Origin: an uncultured Chloroflexia bacterium
GTDB taxonomy: Bacteria; Chloroflexota; Limnocylindria; QHBO01
DNA length: 64,000 nt
Direction: 5' to 3'
Assembly (NCBI GenBank): GCA_963837425.1
Contig: CAWINH010000002.1
Span: 599,129 to 663,128 of the forward strand
Below the pieces are notes generated by a model. The model ran no database searches. It was not told where the DNA came from and saw only the letters and a program-made list of their open reading frames with translations. Below are positions 36,778-49,340 of this stretch, in pieces; position 1 is the first letter of the stretch, and each line of letters opens with the position of its first letter. The translations under genes and the position numbers were made by a program.

Positions 36778-38832
36778 TCAGCTGCGGTCGAGGTGGTACG
36801 GAACGTCGGCCACGATCGTGTTGCGGCGGACGAAGAGGCGCAGCTTGAGCCGCAGGGCGGTCTGGTTGTGGAGGATGTACTCCCACCAGTGGCGCGGCAC
36901 GACCTCGGAGAGCACGACGAGGATCGGGCGGTCCGGATCCTGCGCCTGCAGCGCCCCCATGTAGCGCAGCAGGGGACCGACCAGGGCCCGATACGGGGAC
37001 TCGACCACAACGAGCTCAGTCTTGCCGGCCCACTCCGGCCAGTGCTCGCGCAGCGCGGCAGCCTTCTCGGGCTCGTTCGTGATGTGGACGGCAGTGGGGC
37101 TGCCGGAGATCGAGTTCGCGAAGGCGATGGCCTGCAGAGCCGGCCTGTCCATGCGCGCCACGGGCACGATCACAATCGGCTCCTTGGCAGTCTCCTTGCC
37201 CTCGGGAATGCGGTCGAGTGCGACCTCTCCCTCCACTGTCCGGTAGTGGTGCCGAATCCCGGAGAGGAGCAGCATCATGAGCGGGACGAGGACGATGACG
37301 AGCCAGGCGCCGTGGAGGAAGTTGCTCGTGCCGACCACGAGCATCACGACGAAGGTCGTGGCCGCGCCGAGGCCGTTGATGATCGCCCCGCGACGCCAGC
37401 CGTCTTCGTGGCGGCGGACCCAGCGGGTCAGCATCCCGGCCTGCGAGAGCGTGAAGGCCACGAACACTCCCAGCGTGTAGAGCGGGATCAGGCCGGTGAC
37501 GCTGGCCCGGAAGACGATCAGCAGCAGGCTGGCCAGCGTTGCGAGGAAGACGATGCCGGTGGTGAAGGCGAGGCGTTCGCCACGAAAGGCGAACTGCCGT
37601 GGCAGGAATCCGTCGCGAGCCAGGAAGCTCGAGAGCCGCGGAAAGTCCGCGAAGCTCGTGTTCGCGGCCAGCACCAGCAGGAGCGCGGTCGAGACCTGGG
37701 CCAGCACCAGGAGCCAGCCGTTGCCAACGAGGTGGCGCACGAGCAGCGAGAGCACGGTTTGCTCCTGGTTCGGGTCCGGGATGATGCCGATCACCACCAC
37801 GAGATACGCGATCCCCACGAAGAGGAGCCCAAAGATCGTGGCGGCCCAGGTCAGCGTGATCCGCGCATTCCGCCATTCGGGCGGCTTGAACGCCGGCACA
37901 CCGTCGGAGATGGCCTCAACACCGGTCAGTGCCACGGCGCCCTGGCTGAAGGCGCGGAGGACGAGGAACAGGCCGAGCGCCTGGCCTCCGCTGGCCAGCG
38001 CATCCTTCCAGGCCTGCGGCGGCGAATACGGTGCCAGGTTGCCGGTCAGGGACTCGAACACCCCGAAGCCGATGATCCCCAACATGAGGATCACGTAGAG
38101 GTAGGTCGGAGCCATGAAGATCGTCCCCGACTCGCGGATCCCGCGCAGGTTGCCCAGCATGAGGAGGATGACCATGACGACGCCAATGACGACACGCAGG
38201 TCAAACAGGCCGGGAATGATCGAGGTCATGGCGGCCACGCCGGCCGAGACCGAGACCGCCACGGTGACGACGTAGCCGATGAGCAGCGCAGAGGCGGCCA
38301 GGATCCCCGCACTGTCACCGAGGTTGTCGCTGGCCACGATGTAGCTGCTGGCGCCCTGAGGATAGGCCTTGATCGTCTGGCGATAGCTGACCGTGACGAT
38401 GGCCAGCATGACGATGATCGACGTCGCAAGTGGGAGCGTCAGGCTGAGGACCCCGGCTCCCGCCGCGGTGAGGGCCACCATGATCTCCTCGGGCCCGTAC
38501 GCGCTCGAGCTGATGTTGTCGCTCGAGAAGACGGCAAGCGCCTTGAGCTTCGTGAGCCGCTCGTGCTCCTCGCGCTCGGACGAGATGGGTCTCCCGATCA
38601 GGACCGTGCGCAGGTTCCGGATCCAGGCCGTCCAGCCGGTGCGGGCCAGGATCGTCTTCTCGGACGCGATGAGGCTCCCCTCATCGCCGCGCTCGAACTC
38701 GTCCTCGAAGGGCCGCACGATCCGGACGTACGCGTCGCCCGGCCGGGCGCCCCGCTTCTTCTCCCGAACCTCGAGCAGGGGATCGACGCGGCGCGGTTCA
38801 ACGTCCGGCCGGTCGGATGGGCGGTTGGTCAT
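36778..38832 (-). CDS. APC-superfamily permease with C-terminal cytoplasmic domain
   Basis: 684 aa. Has FSSDNISSSAYGPEE near TM1, about 12 TM segments, and a soluble tail of about 200 aa. Confidence 0.7.
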   Translation of the reverse strand: MTNRPSDRPDVEPRRVDPLLEVREKKRGARPGDAYVRIVRPFEDEFERGDEGSLIASEKTILARTGWTAWIRNLRTVLIGRPISSEREEHERLTKLKALAVFSSDNISSSAYGPEEIMVALTAAGAGVLSLTLPLATSIIVMLAIVTVSYRQTIKAYPQGASSYIVASDNLGDSAGILAASALLIGYVVTVAVSVSAGVAAMTSIIPGLFDLRVVIGVVMVILLMLGNLRGIRESGTIFMAPTYLYVILMLGIIGFGVFESLTGNLAPYSPPQAWKDALASGGQALGLFLVLRAFSQGAVALTGVEAISDGVPAFKPPEWRNARITLTWAATIFGLLFVGIAYLVVVIGIIPDPNQEQTVLSLLVRHLVGNGWLLVLAQVSTALLLVLAANTSFADFPRLSSFLARDGFLPRQFAFRGERLAFTTGIVFLATLASLLLIVFRASVTGLIPLYTLGVFVAFTLSQAGMLTRWVRRHEDGWRRGAIINGLGAATTFVVMLVVGTSNFLHGAWLVIVLVPLMMLLLSGIRHHYRTVEGEVALDRIPEGKETAKEPIVIVPVARMDRPALQAIAFANSISGSPTAVHITNEPEKAAALREHWPEWAGKTELVVVESPYRALVGPLLRYMGALQAQDPDRPILVVLSEVVPRHWWEYILHNQTALRLKLRLFVRRNTIVADVPYHLDRS

Positions 38833-38898
38833 GCGGCGGGTATTGAAACACTCCGCGGCGCTGCACGTCCGGCCTGCAGCGGCCTCGGCCGTGCCGGC

Positions 38899-40164
38899 TC
38901 AGCCGGCCGTGTCGGTCATCCGGGCCGGAAGCCCCATGGCGAAACCCGCGATGCCGGCCGCGATCACGACCCCGCCGGCGAGGATGAAGAGGAGTGACGC
39001 GGCTCCCACGTCGATGACGAATCCGGACACGGCCAGGGAGAGCGGGGCCAACCCCACCGACGCGAACATCACCAGGCTCATGACCCGACCGAGCAGCTGC
39101 TCGGGGGTGCGCGCCTGGAGCCAGGCGATGATCCGGACGTTCACGAACCCGGCCCCCAAGCCGATCACGGCCGCGATCGCGACGGCGGTGATCACATTCG
39201 GCGCAATCGCGAGCGCCGCCAGCCCCACCCCCATCCCGATGACCGTGAGCAGGCTCACCGTTCCGAGCCGGGGGACGTGGCGCAGCGATCCGGCGAGGAT
39301 CGCGCCGGCCAGCGCGCCGGCCCCGAACGCCGAGGCGATGATGCCGAAGGCGGCGGAGCCACCGGCGAAGCGGGTGTCCGCGAGGTAGGGGACGCCGACG
39401 TCGATCGGACCGGTGAATCCGACGTTGACGGCGGCGGTGATGAGTACGAGCGAGCGGATCGCCGGGTCACCCCAGGCGTAGCGGATGCCCGAGCCGATCG
39501 TCGACAGCAGGCGCTCCGACCCGGCGACGTCGCCGGCTGCGTCGTGGGGCGGCAGCCGGCGGCCGCCCACCACGAAGACGAGCGCGGCGGCGGCCACGCC
39601 GAAGCTCACCGCGTCGATGGCGAACGCCGGCCCGGTGTCGACCGCGGCGACCAGCAAGCCGGCGAGCGCGGGACCGATGAGCCCGGCCAGCTGGGTGATC
39701 CCCTGCATCAGCGCGTTCGCCGGGGGGAGAAGCCGCTCGGTGACGAGCATGGGCACGATCGTCCCGATGGCGGGGTAGAAGAGCGCGTCCACGGTGCCGA
39801 AGACGAGCGCCAGTCCGAAGAGGTGCCACAGCGCCGCGCGACCGCTCAGGACGAGCATCGCAACGATGGCCACCACGAGGCCGCGGACGACGTTCGACCA
39901 GAGCATGAGGCTGCGAGGGGACCAGCGGTCCGAGAGGGCGCCGCCCACCAGCATGAAGACGGCACGCGGCACGGCTGCCACGGTCAGGACGGTCCCCAGG
40001 GCCAGGCCCGAACCGGTGAGCTGGAGGGTGAGCCAGGCGAGCGCGATGAAGTAGAACTGGTCACCGATCAGGGAGACCGTCTCGCCGCTGAAGACGAGCC
40101 GGAAGTCTCGATGACGCAGCGGCCGCAGCAGACCTGCAGATTCGGGAATCGCAATCTCGTTCAT
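38899..40164 (-). CDS. MFS transporter (EntS/MFS_3-like)
   Basis: 421 aa, 12 hydrophobic segments, FRLVFSGETVSLIGDQ N-terminal motif. Confidence 0.8.
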   Translation of the reverse strand: MNEIAIPESAGLLRPLRHRDFRLVFSGETVSLIGDQFYFIALAWLTLQLTGSGLALGTVLTVAAVPRAVFMLVGGALSDRWSPRSLMLWSNVVRGLVVAIVAMLVLSGRAALWHLFGLALVFGTVDALFYPAIGTIVPMLVTERLLPPANALMQGITQLAGLIGPALAGLLVAAVDTGPAFAIDAVSFGVAAAALVFVVGGRRLPPHDAAGDVAGSERLLSTIGSGIRYAWGDPAIRSLVLITAAVNVGFTGPIDVGVPYLADTRFAGGSAAFGIIASAFGAGALAGAILAGSLRHVPRLGTVSLLTVIGMGVGLAALAIAPNVITAVAIAAVIGLGAGFVNVRIIAWLQARTPEQLLGRVMSLVMFASVGLAPLSLAVSGFVIDVGAASLLFILAGGVVIAAGIAGFAMGLPARMTDTAG

Positions 40165-40170
40165 TTCGCG

Positions 40171-40530
40171 CTACTCCACGCTGATGAGGACGCCGTCGCC
40201 GGTCTCGTCCTCGGCATCGACGATGGTTCCCAGGGTGTCGCTCTCGACCGCCCGCTCGATGAGCTCGGCATAGCGGTCCGGGATCCCCGGCACCATGCGG
40301 GCCGCCATGGCCGCGAACGCGAGCGGGACGCGGACGTCGATCACGCGGCGGCCGCGCTCGTTGACCTGGATGCGCACCCGTCGCCCGCGCCCGGACGCGG
40401 GGCTTGCCGTCTGCGGCGAGGCGGCCGGCTGGCCGGCCCGGGTCAGCGCATCGATGATGGGCACCGCCTCCTCGGCAGAGAGCTTGCCCTCGGCCACGAG
40501 GCGCAGGACGGTGGCCAGCTCGTCACGCAT
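40171..40530 (-). CDS. SHOCT-like/LiaX-N-terminal-like motif protein, function unknown
   Basis: ATG at 40530 (8-nt overlap with the upstream stop). N-terminal LATVLRLVAEGKLSAEEAVPIIDAL, then a small beta-rich domain. Confidence 0.55.
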   Translation of the reverse strand: MRDELATVLRLVAEGKLSAEEAVPIIDALTRAGQPAASPQTASPASGRGRRVRIQVNERGRRVIDVRVPLAFAAMAARMVPGIPDRYAELIERAVESDTLGTIVDAEDETGDGVLISVE

Positions 40531-41509
40531 CGGCGGAGCTCTCCCCGGCGAGCCTGCGGGTCGCCTCTTCCACGTCGATCTCGCCCTGCTCCAGGGCGCG
40601 CAGGATCGCCATGCGGCCGGCCTCGGTCGGTCGTGGGGTCGGCCGAGGGGCCTCCAGCGTGCTCGCGGATGCCGCGAGGCGCGCGGAGCGCCGGATGCTG
40701 AGGTCACCGGACATCGAGCTGAAGACGAATTCCGGACCCCCGCTGCCGATCAGAACTCGCCGGCGGTCGAGGCGTCCCTCGATGCGGTGGTCAATGGGGC
40801 TGCTGATCTCGGTCGAGATGCCGCGCACCTCGAAGATCGCGCTTCCGAGGAGAGCAACCGCGAGGTCGCCGCTGACCGTCTCGACCCGAAATTTCCCCGA
40901 TGGGCTGAGCTCGCCCTCGATAGTGATGTCGCCGGAGACCGACGAGCTGCTCAGGCCCTTGAGCAGCGGCGCGGATACGATGAGGTCGCCCGAGACGGCC
41001 TCGGCCTGGCCGGTGATCGGCCCGATGCCTCGGATCGTCGCGTCGCCGGACACGGAATTCACCCGGATATCTCCCGCCGTGTCGACGAGAAACAGGTCTC
41101 CCGACACGGTGGTGTAGCGCTGCAGCCCGTGCAGCCCGGTTGCCTGTACGTCCCCGCTCACCGTCGCGAGCTGCAGCTCGGCGCTGGCCGGGATCTCGAC
41201 CTCGAGGTCGAGATCCACGCGATCACCCCCGAAGAGTCTCTTGAGTGTGCGGCCGAGGCCCGACTCCTCGTCGCGGTCAGTGACCCGCAGCGCGTGTGAC
41301 GAGGCGTAGTCGACGCGCAGCTGGACCTGCTCGTAGATCCTGTCAGCCTCGGGTTCGCCGTAGGCGCGGATCTGGAACGTCGCGCGAATGTGGGCCACGT
41401 CGCCATCGACCGGCTGGATCCGGACTTCGGCCGCGGTCACCCGCAAGTCGAGGAGCCCGTCGGGGCCGATGGTGTGATCGATCTGCTGGGTCCGTACGAA
41501 GCGCGGCAT
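40523..41509 (-). CDS. DUF4097-type beta-strand repeat protein
   Basis: At least seven V(S/T)GD(x) repeats (TVSGDVQA, TVSGDLFL, SVSGDATI, AVSGDLIV, SVSGDITI, TVSGDLAV, MSGDLSI). C-terminal AILRALEQGEIDVEEATRRL motif. Confidence 0.75.
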   Translation of the reverse strand: MPRFVRTQQIDHTIGPDGLLDLRVTAAEVRIQPVDGDVAHIRATFQIRAYGEPEADRIYEQVQLRVDYASSHALRVTDRDEESGLGRTLKRLFGGDRVDLDLEVEIPASAELQLATVSGDVQATGLHGLQRYTTVSGDLFLVDTAGDIRVNSVSGDATIRGIGPITGQAEAVSGDLIVSAPLLKGLSSSSVSGDITIEGELSPSGKFRVETVSGDLAVALLGSAIFEVRGISTEISSPIDHRIEGRLDRRRVLIGSGGPEFVFSSMSGDLSIRRSARLAASASTLEAPRPTPRPTEAGRMAILRALEQGEIDVEEATRRLAGESSADA

Positions 41510-41512
41510 GGC

Positions 41513-41962
41513 TCACTCTCCCCCGAGCGCTCTTAGCGCAGCGGCGGCGTCCTCTGCGCTGATCTCGCGGCGGGCGAGGCGCTCGAGGATCGCGCGCCGC
41601 TCGTTGGCGTCCCCAGGCTCTTCTGCGGAAGGCAGCGCACCGTCCGCGGCAGCGTCGGTGTCAGCGTCACCTTCCGCCGCCTCGTCCGACTCGGCGTCGC
41701 CCAGACCGAGCGCGCGCACCAGCGCATCCACCCGGCCGCGTACGGTGGGGTACGAGATCCCGAGCTCGCGCTCCATCTCCTTGAGGTTGCCACGAGCGCG
41801 CAGGAAGCTCTCGAGCAGACTGAGCTGCTCGCGGGTGAGGCGGCCGAAGCGACCGACGCTGAACTCACCCTCGAGCGCAGTCCCGCAGCTCCTGCAGTGG
41901 AGGCGGCTGACGAGCAGCTCGCCCTCGCAGACGGGGCAGGTCGAGATGACGTCGCGCGCCAT
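41513..41962 (-). CDS. DUF2089-type zinc-ribbon plus HTH protein
   Basis: CPVC...CRSC zinc ribbon, HTH-like LKEMERELGISYPTVRGRV, acidic linker, C-terminal AILERLARREISAEDAAAALRAL. Confidence 0.75.
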   Translation of the reverse strand: MARDVISTCPVCEGELLVSRLHCRSCGTALEGEFSVGRFGRLTREQLSLLESFLRARGNLKEMERELGISYPTVRGRVDALVRALGLGDAESDEAAEGDADTDAAADGALPSAEEPGDANERRAILERLARREISAEDAAAALRALGGE

Positions 41963-42168
41963 CGTCAGCCCCGCCGGCCGCGCACCGCCACCCGGCGCGC
42001 CGTGGCGCGGAACGGGCGCCTCGTGCTGCGGGATGGCGATTCTGACCGCTTCGTGCGGAGCCGATCCTCCGCAGCGAGGAGATCGTAGTGGACAAGTGAC
42101 TCAAACATTTCGCTCTCGCCTTTCCCAATACGGAGTAAGTATTGCCTATTTGTGTTGTCCCATGACGC

Positions 42169-42197
42169 ATCATAGGTATCAGCGCACGATCTGTCAA
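42169..42197 (-). promoter_or_regulatory. consensus sigma-70-type promoter TTGACA-N17-TATGAT facing the DUF2089 operon
   Basis: Minus-strand reading is TTGACAgatcgtgcgctgataccTATGAT, with the spacer counted as 17 nt. It sits in the only markedly AT-rich stretch of this intergenic region, about 200 nt upstream of the ATG at 41962. Confidence 0.6.
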
Positions 42198-42313
42198 CTG
42201 CCATTTCCAAATACTGCTCTTGAGGTTCATAATGTGAAGGCGGCGCCGTCAAAGCGGGGTGTGCAGGAAGGCGGCGCATCGGCTCATCCGGAGCGGCTAC
42301 CATCCGCGCGGGA

Positions 42314-42748
42314 ATGAATCTGGAGCTGTTTCCCTACGCGCCGGAGCGGGATCTCTATCGGCTCCTCCAGGTCGAGCCCGGCGCCGACACCGATGCGGTG
42401 ATCGTCGCCTGCCGCAGGCTGGCCCGGACTTGCCATCCCGACCGCAACGCGTCGCCCCGCGCCCACGAGGAGATGCTCGTCGTGAACGCTGCGCGCGGGC
42501 TCCTGACCGATCCGGAGCGCCGCGCGTCCTACGACCGCGAGCGGATCGGGTACCTTGCCGCGCGCGACTGGGATGCAGGCTGGCCACCGGCTCCGCGCCG
42601 TCTCGGGGTGCGGCTGGCCTGGGGGCGGCCGATGCCCTGGGTCTCGCCCGGCCGCTGCCCGGCCTGCGGTGCGCGCGTGGAGCCGGACTATCGCTACTGT
42701 GGCGAGTGCGGCAACCGGCTGCTGACCACGTCGCGTCGAGCCGGCTAG
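42314..42748 (+). CDS. J-domain protein with C-terminal zinc ribbon
   Basis: DLYRLLQV...CHPDRN (HPD motif) plus CPACG...CGECG. 144 aa. Confidence 0.8.
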   Translation: MNLELFPYAPERDLYRLLQVEPGADTDAVIVACRRLARTCHPDRNASPRAHEEMLVVNAARGLLTDPERRASYDRERIGYLAARDWDAGWPPAPRRLGVRLAWGRPMPWVSPGRCPACGARVEPDYRYCGECGNRLLTTSRRAG

Positions 42749-45452
<2,704 letters not shown>

Positions 45453-45529
45453 GGCGCGCCTATGGTACAGACCGACGGCGCCGCCGTTGCCGGACGGACG
45501 CGATTGCCGCCGCGCACCATGTGGCTCGC

Positions 45530-46899
45530 ATGAATGCGCACGAGCCGCCGTGACCGCACCGGGTTCTGATCCTCGGCGGCGGCTTCGCCGGGGTCCGGAC
45601 CGCGGTCGAGCTCGAGAAGCTCGACTCGGGCGGCGCACCGATGTCGAGGTCTGGCTCGTCAGCCGCGAGAACTTCATGCTCTTCACGCCGCTGCTGCCCG
45701 AGGTCTGCTCCGGGGTGCTCGAGCCCCGGCACGTCGTGACCGCGCTGCGCGCGCATGCTCCACCGGCCCAGCACCTGGGCGGTCACCGCCGACGCTCGAG
45801 TCCATCGACCTCGACGCGCGCAGTCGTCACGGTGCTCGGCGGGCGACGGCGAGATCCATCGGCTCGGCTACGACACGCTGGTCCTCGCGCTCGGCGGCGA
45901 TGACGCACACCTTCGGGATCCCGGGCATCGAGGAGCACGCGGTCGGGATGAAGACCCTGGCCGACGCCTTCAGCCTCCGCAACCGGATCATCGAGATGCT
46001 CGAGCGCGCCGACCTCGAGGAGGACCCCGATGCGCGGCGGGCGCAGCTGACCTTCGTCGTCGGCGGCGGCGGCTTCTCCGGGGTCGAGACCGCCGGGGAG
46101 GTCGAGGAGTTCCTGCGCCGCGTCCGCCGGCGGTACTACCCGAAGATCGATCCGGCACAGATCGCACCGTGCTCGTCGAGCTGAACGACCGCTCCTGCCC
46201 GAGCTGCCGCCGGAGATGGGGCGAGTAGCCCGCCGACGGCTTGCGGGGCGCGGGTACCAGATTCGTCTCGGGACCGGCATCCGGGAGGTGGTCCGGACGA
46301 GGACGGTGGTCGCGCATGGCGACGGCGACGGAGCGGATTCCCTCCCGGACCGTGCGTCTGGACCGGCGGCGTCCGGCCGTCGCCGATCGTGGCCGAGTCG
46401 GGAGTCGAGACCGACGCGGCCGGTCGAGCGGTGACGCGCCGACGATGGCGACGAGCCGCGAGGGGGTGTTCGCCATCGGCGACTGCGCCGGGATCCCGAG
46501 GGTCGACGCGCCGGAGGGCGACGCTCCACGCGCCGACCGCCCAGAACGCCGTGCGCGAGGCGAAGCGGCTGGCCGCCAACATCGTCGCGGCGCATCGACG
46601 GCAACGAGTCCGATCGAGCCATTCCGCTATGGCGTGATCGGGCAGCTGGCCACCATCGGCCACCACACCGGGGTGGGGAAGGTCTTCGGGATCCGGTGCG
46701 GGGATGGCTGGCCTGGTTCATGTGGCGCGGCTACTACTGGCTCCAGATCCCGGGCTTCAACCGCAAGATCCGGGTGGCGATCGACTGGTTCCTGACCGCG
46801 CTGTTCGGCGCCGATCCGGTGCAGCTCAAGGTGGAGGACGAGCGAAGCGCCCTGGGCTCGTCCGGGCGGCGGCGTGCGGCGCTGCGAGATGACGGGTGA
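45530..46899 (+). pseudogene. ndh: type II NADH dehydrogenase (NDH-2)-like FAD oxidoreductase, multiple frameshifts
   Basis: Blocks RVLILGGGFAG, VWLVSRENFMLFTPLLPEV, GIPGIEEHAVGMKTL, FVVGGGGFSGVETAGE, VFAIGDCAGIP and WLAWFMWRGYYW lie in different frames. The exact start is uncertain. Confidence 0.7.
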
Positions 46900-46920
46900 G
46901 CGCATTACACTCGGGGCCAG

Positions 46921-47253
46921 ATGTCGCGCGCTGAGCGCCGCGCCTACAAGCGGCTGATGAAGAACTCGGACCCGTACGCGCTGCCGGCCGGCAGCTCGGC
47001 CGCGCGTGCGCGCGCGCAGCGAGCGCGGTCGCGGCGCCCGGACCGGCGCCCGCCGAGCCGGCCGGATTCTGAGTGGCGCTTCCTGCTGTGGGCCGTGGGG
47101 GGCGCCGTGCTCATCGGCCTCGCCGCCTTCTCGTTCGCCTGGCCGCGCGGGATGCCGCTGGCACTCTACGTCGGTATCGCCGCCGCGGCCGTGTGGGCAG
47201 CCCTCGTCGTCGGGTTCCGTTACGCCCAGCGACGGATGAGCGCCCGGCCCTGA
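46921..47253 (+). CDS. small membrane protein, function unknown
   Basis: 110 aa with a basic N-terminal half and two hydrophobic helices. Intact. Confidence 0.5.
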   Translation: MSRAERRAYKRLMKNSDPYALPAGSSAARARAQRARSRRPDRRPPSRPDSEWRFLLWAVGGAVLIGLAAFSFAWPRGMPLALYVGIAAAAVWAALVVGFRYAQRRMSARP

Positions 47254-47272
47254 TCCGGGCTCGGGGCAGGCC

Positions 47273-47882
47273 TTGACGCTCCCCGCGGTCGCCGCAGTCG
47301 TGGCCGGCTATCTGCTCGGCGCCATTCCGTTCGGGGTCATTGCCGCCCGCCTGGCGGGAGGGATGGACCCGCGCGAGCTCGGCTCACGACGAACCGGCTC
47401 GACGAACGTCATGCGCGCGCTCGGGCTGCGCTGGGCGATGCCGGTGCTCGTCGCCGACGTCGCGAAGGGTGTCGCCGCCGTCGTGCTCGCGCGCTGGCTG
47501 ATGGGCGACGCCGCTGCCGGGGAGTGGGTGGCCGCCGGCAGCGGCCTGGCGGCGGTCGTCGGCCACACGTGGTCGGTCTTCATCGGGCTGCGCGGGGGGC
47601 GCGGGGTGGCGACGGCGGGCGGCGGATGCTGGCCATGGCCCCGCTGGCAGTGGCTATCTGATGCCGGTGATGCTCGTGGTCGTCTGGCGCACGCGGTACG
47701 TCTCGGTGGCCTCGCTCTCGGCGGCGTTGCTGGCGCCCGTGGTCACCGGCGCCCTCGCGGTGCTGGGGCTGACGAGCGCGGCATCGCTCGGCTGGCCTCG
47801 CGACGGGATCATGGTCACGGCCACGCATCGGGACAACATCCGCCGGCTGCGTGCCGGCACCGAGCGAAGGATCGGCAAGTGA
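47273..47882 (+). pseudogene. plsY: glycerol-3-phosphate acyltransferase PlsY, frameshifted
   Basis: N-terminal GYLLGAIPFGVI, RRTGSTNVMRALG, HTWSVFIGLRGGRGVAT, then a frame change near 47620-47660 into ...VWRTRYVSVASL...HRDNIRRL. Confidence 0.75.
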
Positions 47883-48514
47883 CGAGAAGAGCGCGGAGCG
47901 AGGCCCGATCGGAGCGACGAGGGCCGGCGGCCGGCGCGCCTCACGAGCCTGCCGAACCTGCTCGGCCTCGGCCGGATCGTGGCGACCCCGATCCTGGTGG
48001 CGCTCCTGCTGCTGCCCTTCCCCGGCGCGGGGCTCTGGCGTTCGTGGGCTTCGCGGCGGCGGCGATCACCGACACCCTCGACGGCCGGATCGCCCGCTCC
48101 CGTGGCGAGGTGTCGTCCCTCGGCGTGTTCATGGACCTCACCGCCGACAAGGTGCTCGTCGCCGGCGTCCTGGTGGCGATGGTCGAGGTGCGGCTGCTCC
48201 CGACCTGGATCGTGGCGCTGATCCTGATCCGCGAGCTCGTGATCGCCGGTGTCCGGCAGCTGGCCGCAAGCGTCGACGTCGTCATGGCCGCCGGCATGCT
48301 CGGCAAGTCGAAGACGACGGTGACGCACATCGGTATGGTGCTCCTCCTCCTCGCCTTCGATGCCCAGACTCTGGACCGATGGCGCGCCGGCTGGGGGGAC
48401 GCGCTCGGGCGGTCGGATTCTGGACGATGGTGCGGCGATTGTGCTGACGGTCGTCTCCGGCTGGGCTACCTTCGCGCGGCATGGCCGATCCTGAGCGGTG
48501 ACGCCGGCGCCTGA
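47879..48514 (+). pseudogene. CDP-alcohol phosphatidyltransferase (PgsA-like), frameshifted
   Basis: GTGA overlap with the plsY stop. LTSLPNLLGLGRIVATPILV in one frame and the DTLDGRIARSRGEVSSLGVFMDLTADK CDP-OH-P motif in another. The 3' end is uncertain (48494 or 48514). Confidence 0.65.
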
Positions 48515-48519
48515 ACGGC

Positions 48520-49333
48520 CTACTGGACCAGGCGATCCTCCATCCGGCGCAGGGCGATCGCGATCGCCACCCCGAAGAAGACGAGCAGGAAGCTGATGTC
48601 GAGGCGAGACGAGGTCGACCGGGCCGGTCGTCAGCCCGCGCAGCAGGTGGACGCCGCGGAACAGCGGGATGACCTGCATGAACCACTGGAGCGGCTCGGG
48701 GTAGATCGAGATCGGGAAGAAGATGCCGCTGAACAGGAACATCGGCATGACGACCAGGCCCATCGGCAGGTCGAAATCGTGGACCGTGCGCAGGAACGAC
48801 GTCCCGGCCAGGCCGGCCGCGGCGAACGCCGCGCCGAGGAGCAGGAGGCGGGAAGCATGAGGAGCCCCCACCGGCAGAGATCAGCCCGGTGCGAACATGA
48901 TCACGAACGCGATCGCGTACAGCCCGCCCCGCATCAGCGACCACAGGAGCTCGCCGATCGCGATCTCGCGGATGCCCATCGGCGTGGCGAGCATGCCCTC
49001 GTATATCTTCTCGTAGTTCAGCTTGAAGAAGACGTTGAAGATCGTCTCGGACATCGCGCCGTTCATGGCCGAGATCGCGAGCAGGGCCGGCGCGACGTAG
49101 CCGCGAAGGTGATCGTCGGCCCCGGCACGAACTCGATGATCCGACGATGGTGCCGATCCCGAGCCGATGCCGAGGAGGTAGAAGAGCGGCTCGAAGAAGC
49201 CCGAGACGAGAACGATCCAGGGGTGGCTGTAGATCATCAGGTTGCGCTGGACGAGGCGCCGTGCCCGGAGGAGCGAGGCGACGGCGGCCGGGACCGGCGG
49301 CGGGGGGGGGGTTCGGCGGACGATGGCGGTCAT
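48520..49333 (-). pseudogene. ABC-2-type permease, frameshifted
   Basis: N-terminal half in ORF 48881..49333, the middle in 47654..48871 (FLRTVHDFDLPMGLVVMPMFLFSGIFFP), and the last ~28 aa (LDISFLLVFFGVAIAIALRRMEDRLVQ) in a third frame ending at 48520. Confidence 0.65.
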
Positions 49334-49340
49334 GGCTCGC

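Noticed and set aside
41965-42303. 112-aa ORF in the DUF2089 leader as a bona fide protein gene.
   Set aside because: Its upstream half would lie upstream of the predicted promoter. The rest has atypical codon usage and an Arg-rich tail typical of out-of-frame GC-rich DNA. It is kept only as a possible short leader ORF in the promoter/leader finding.
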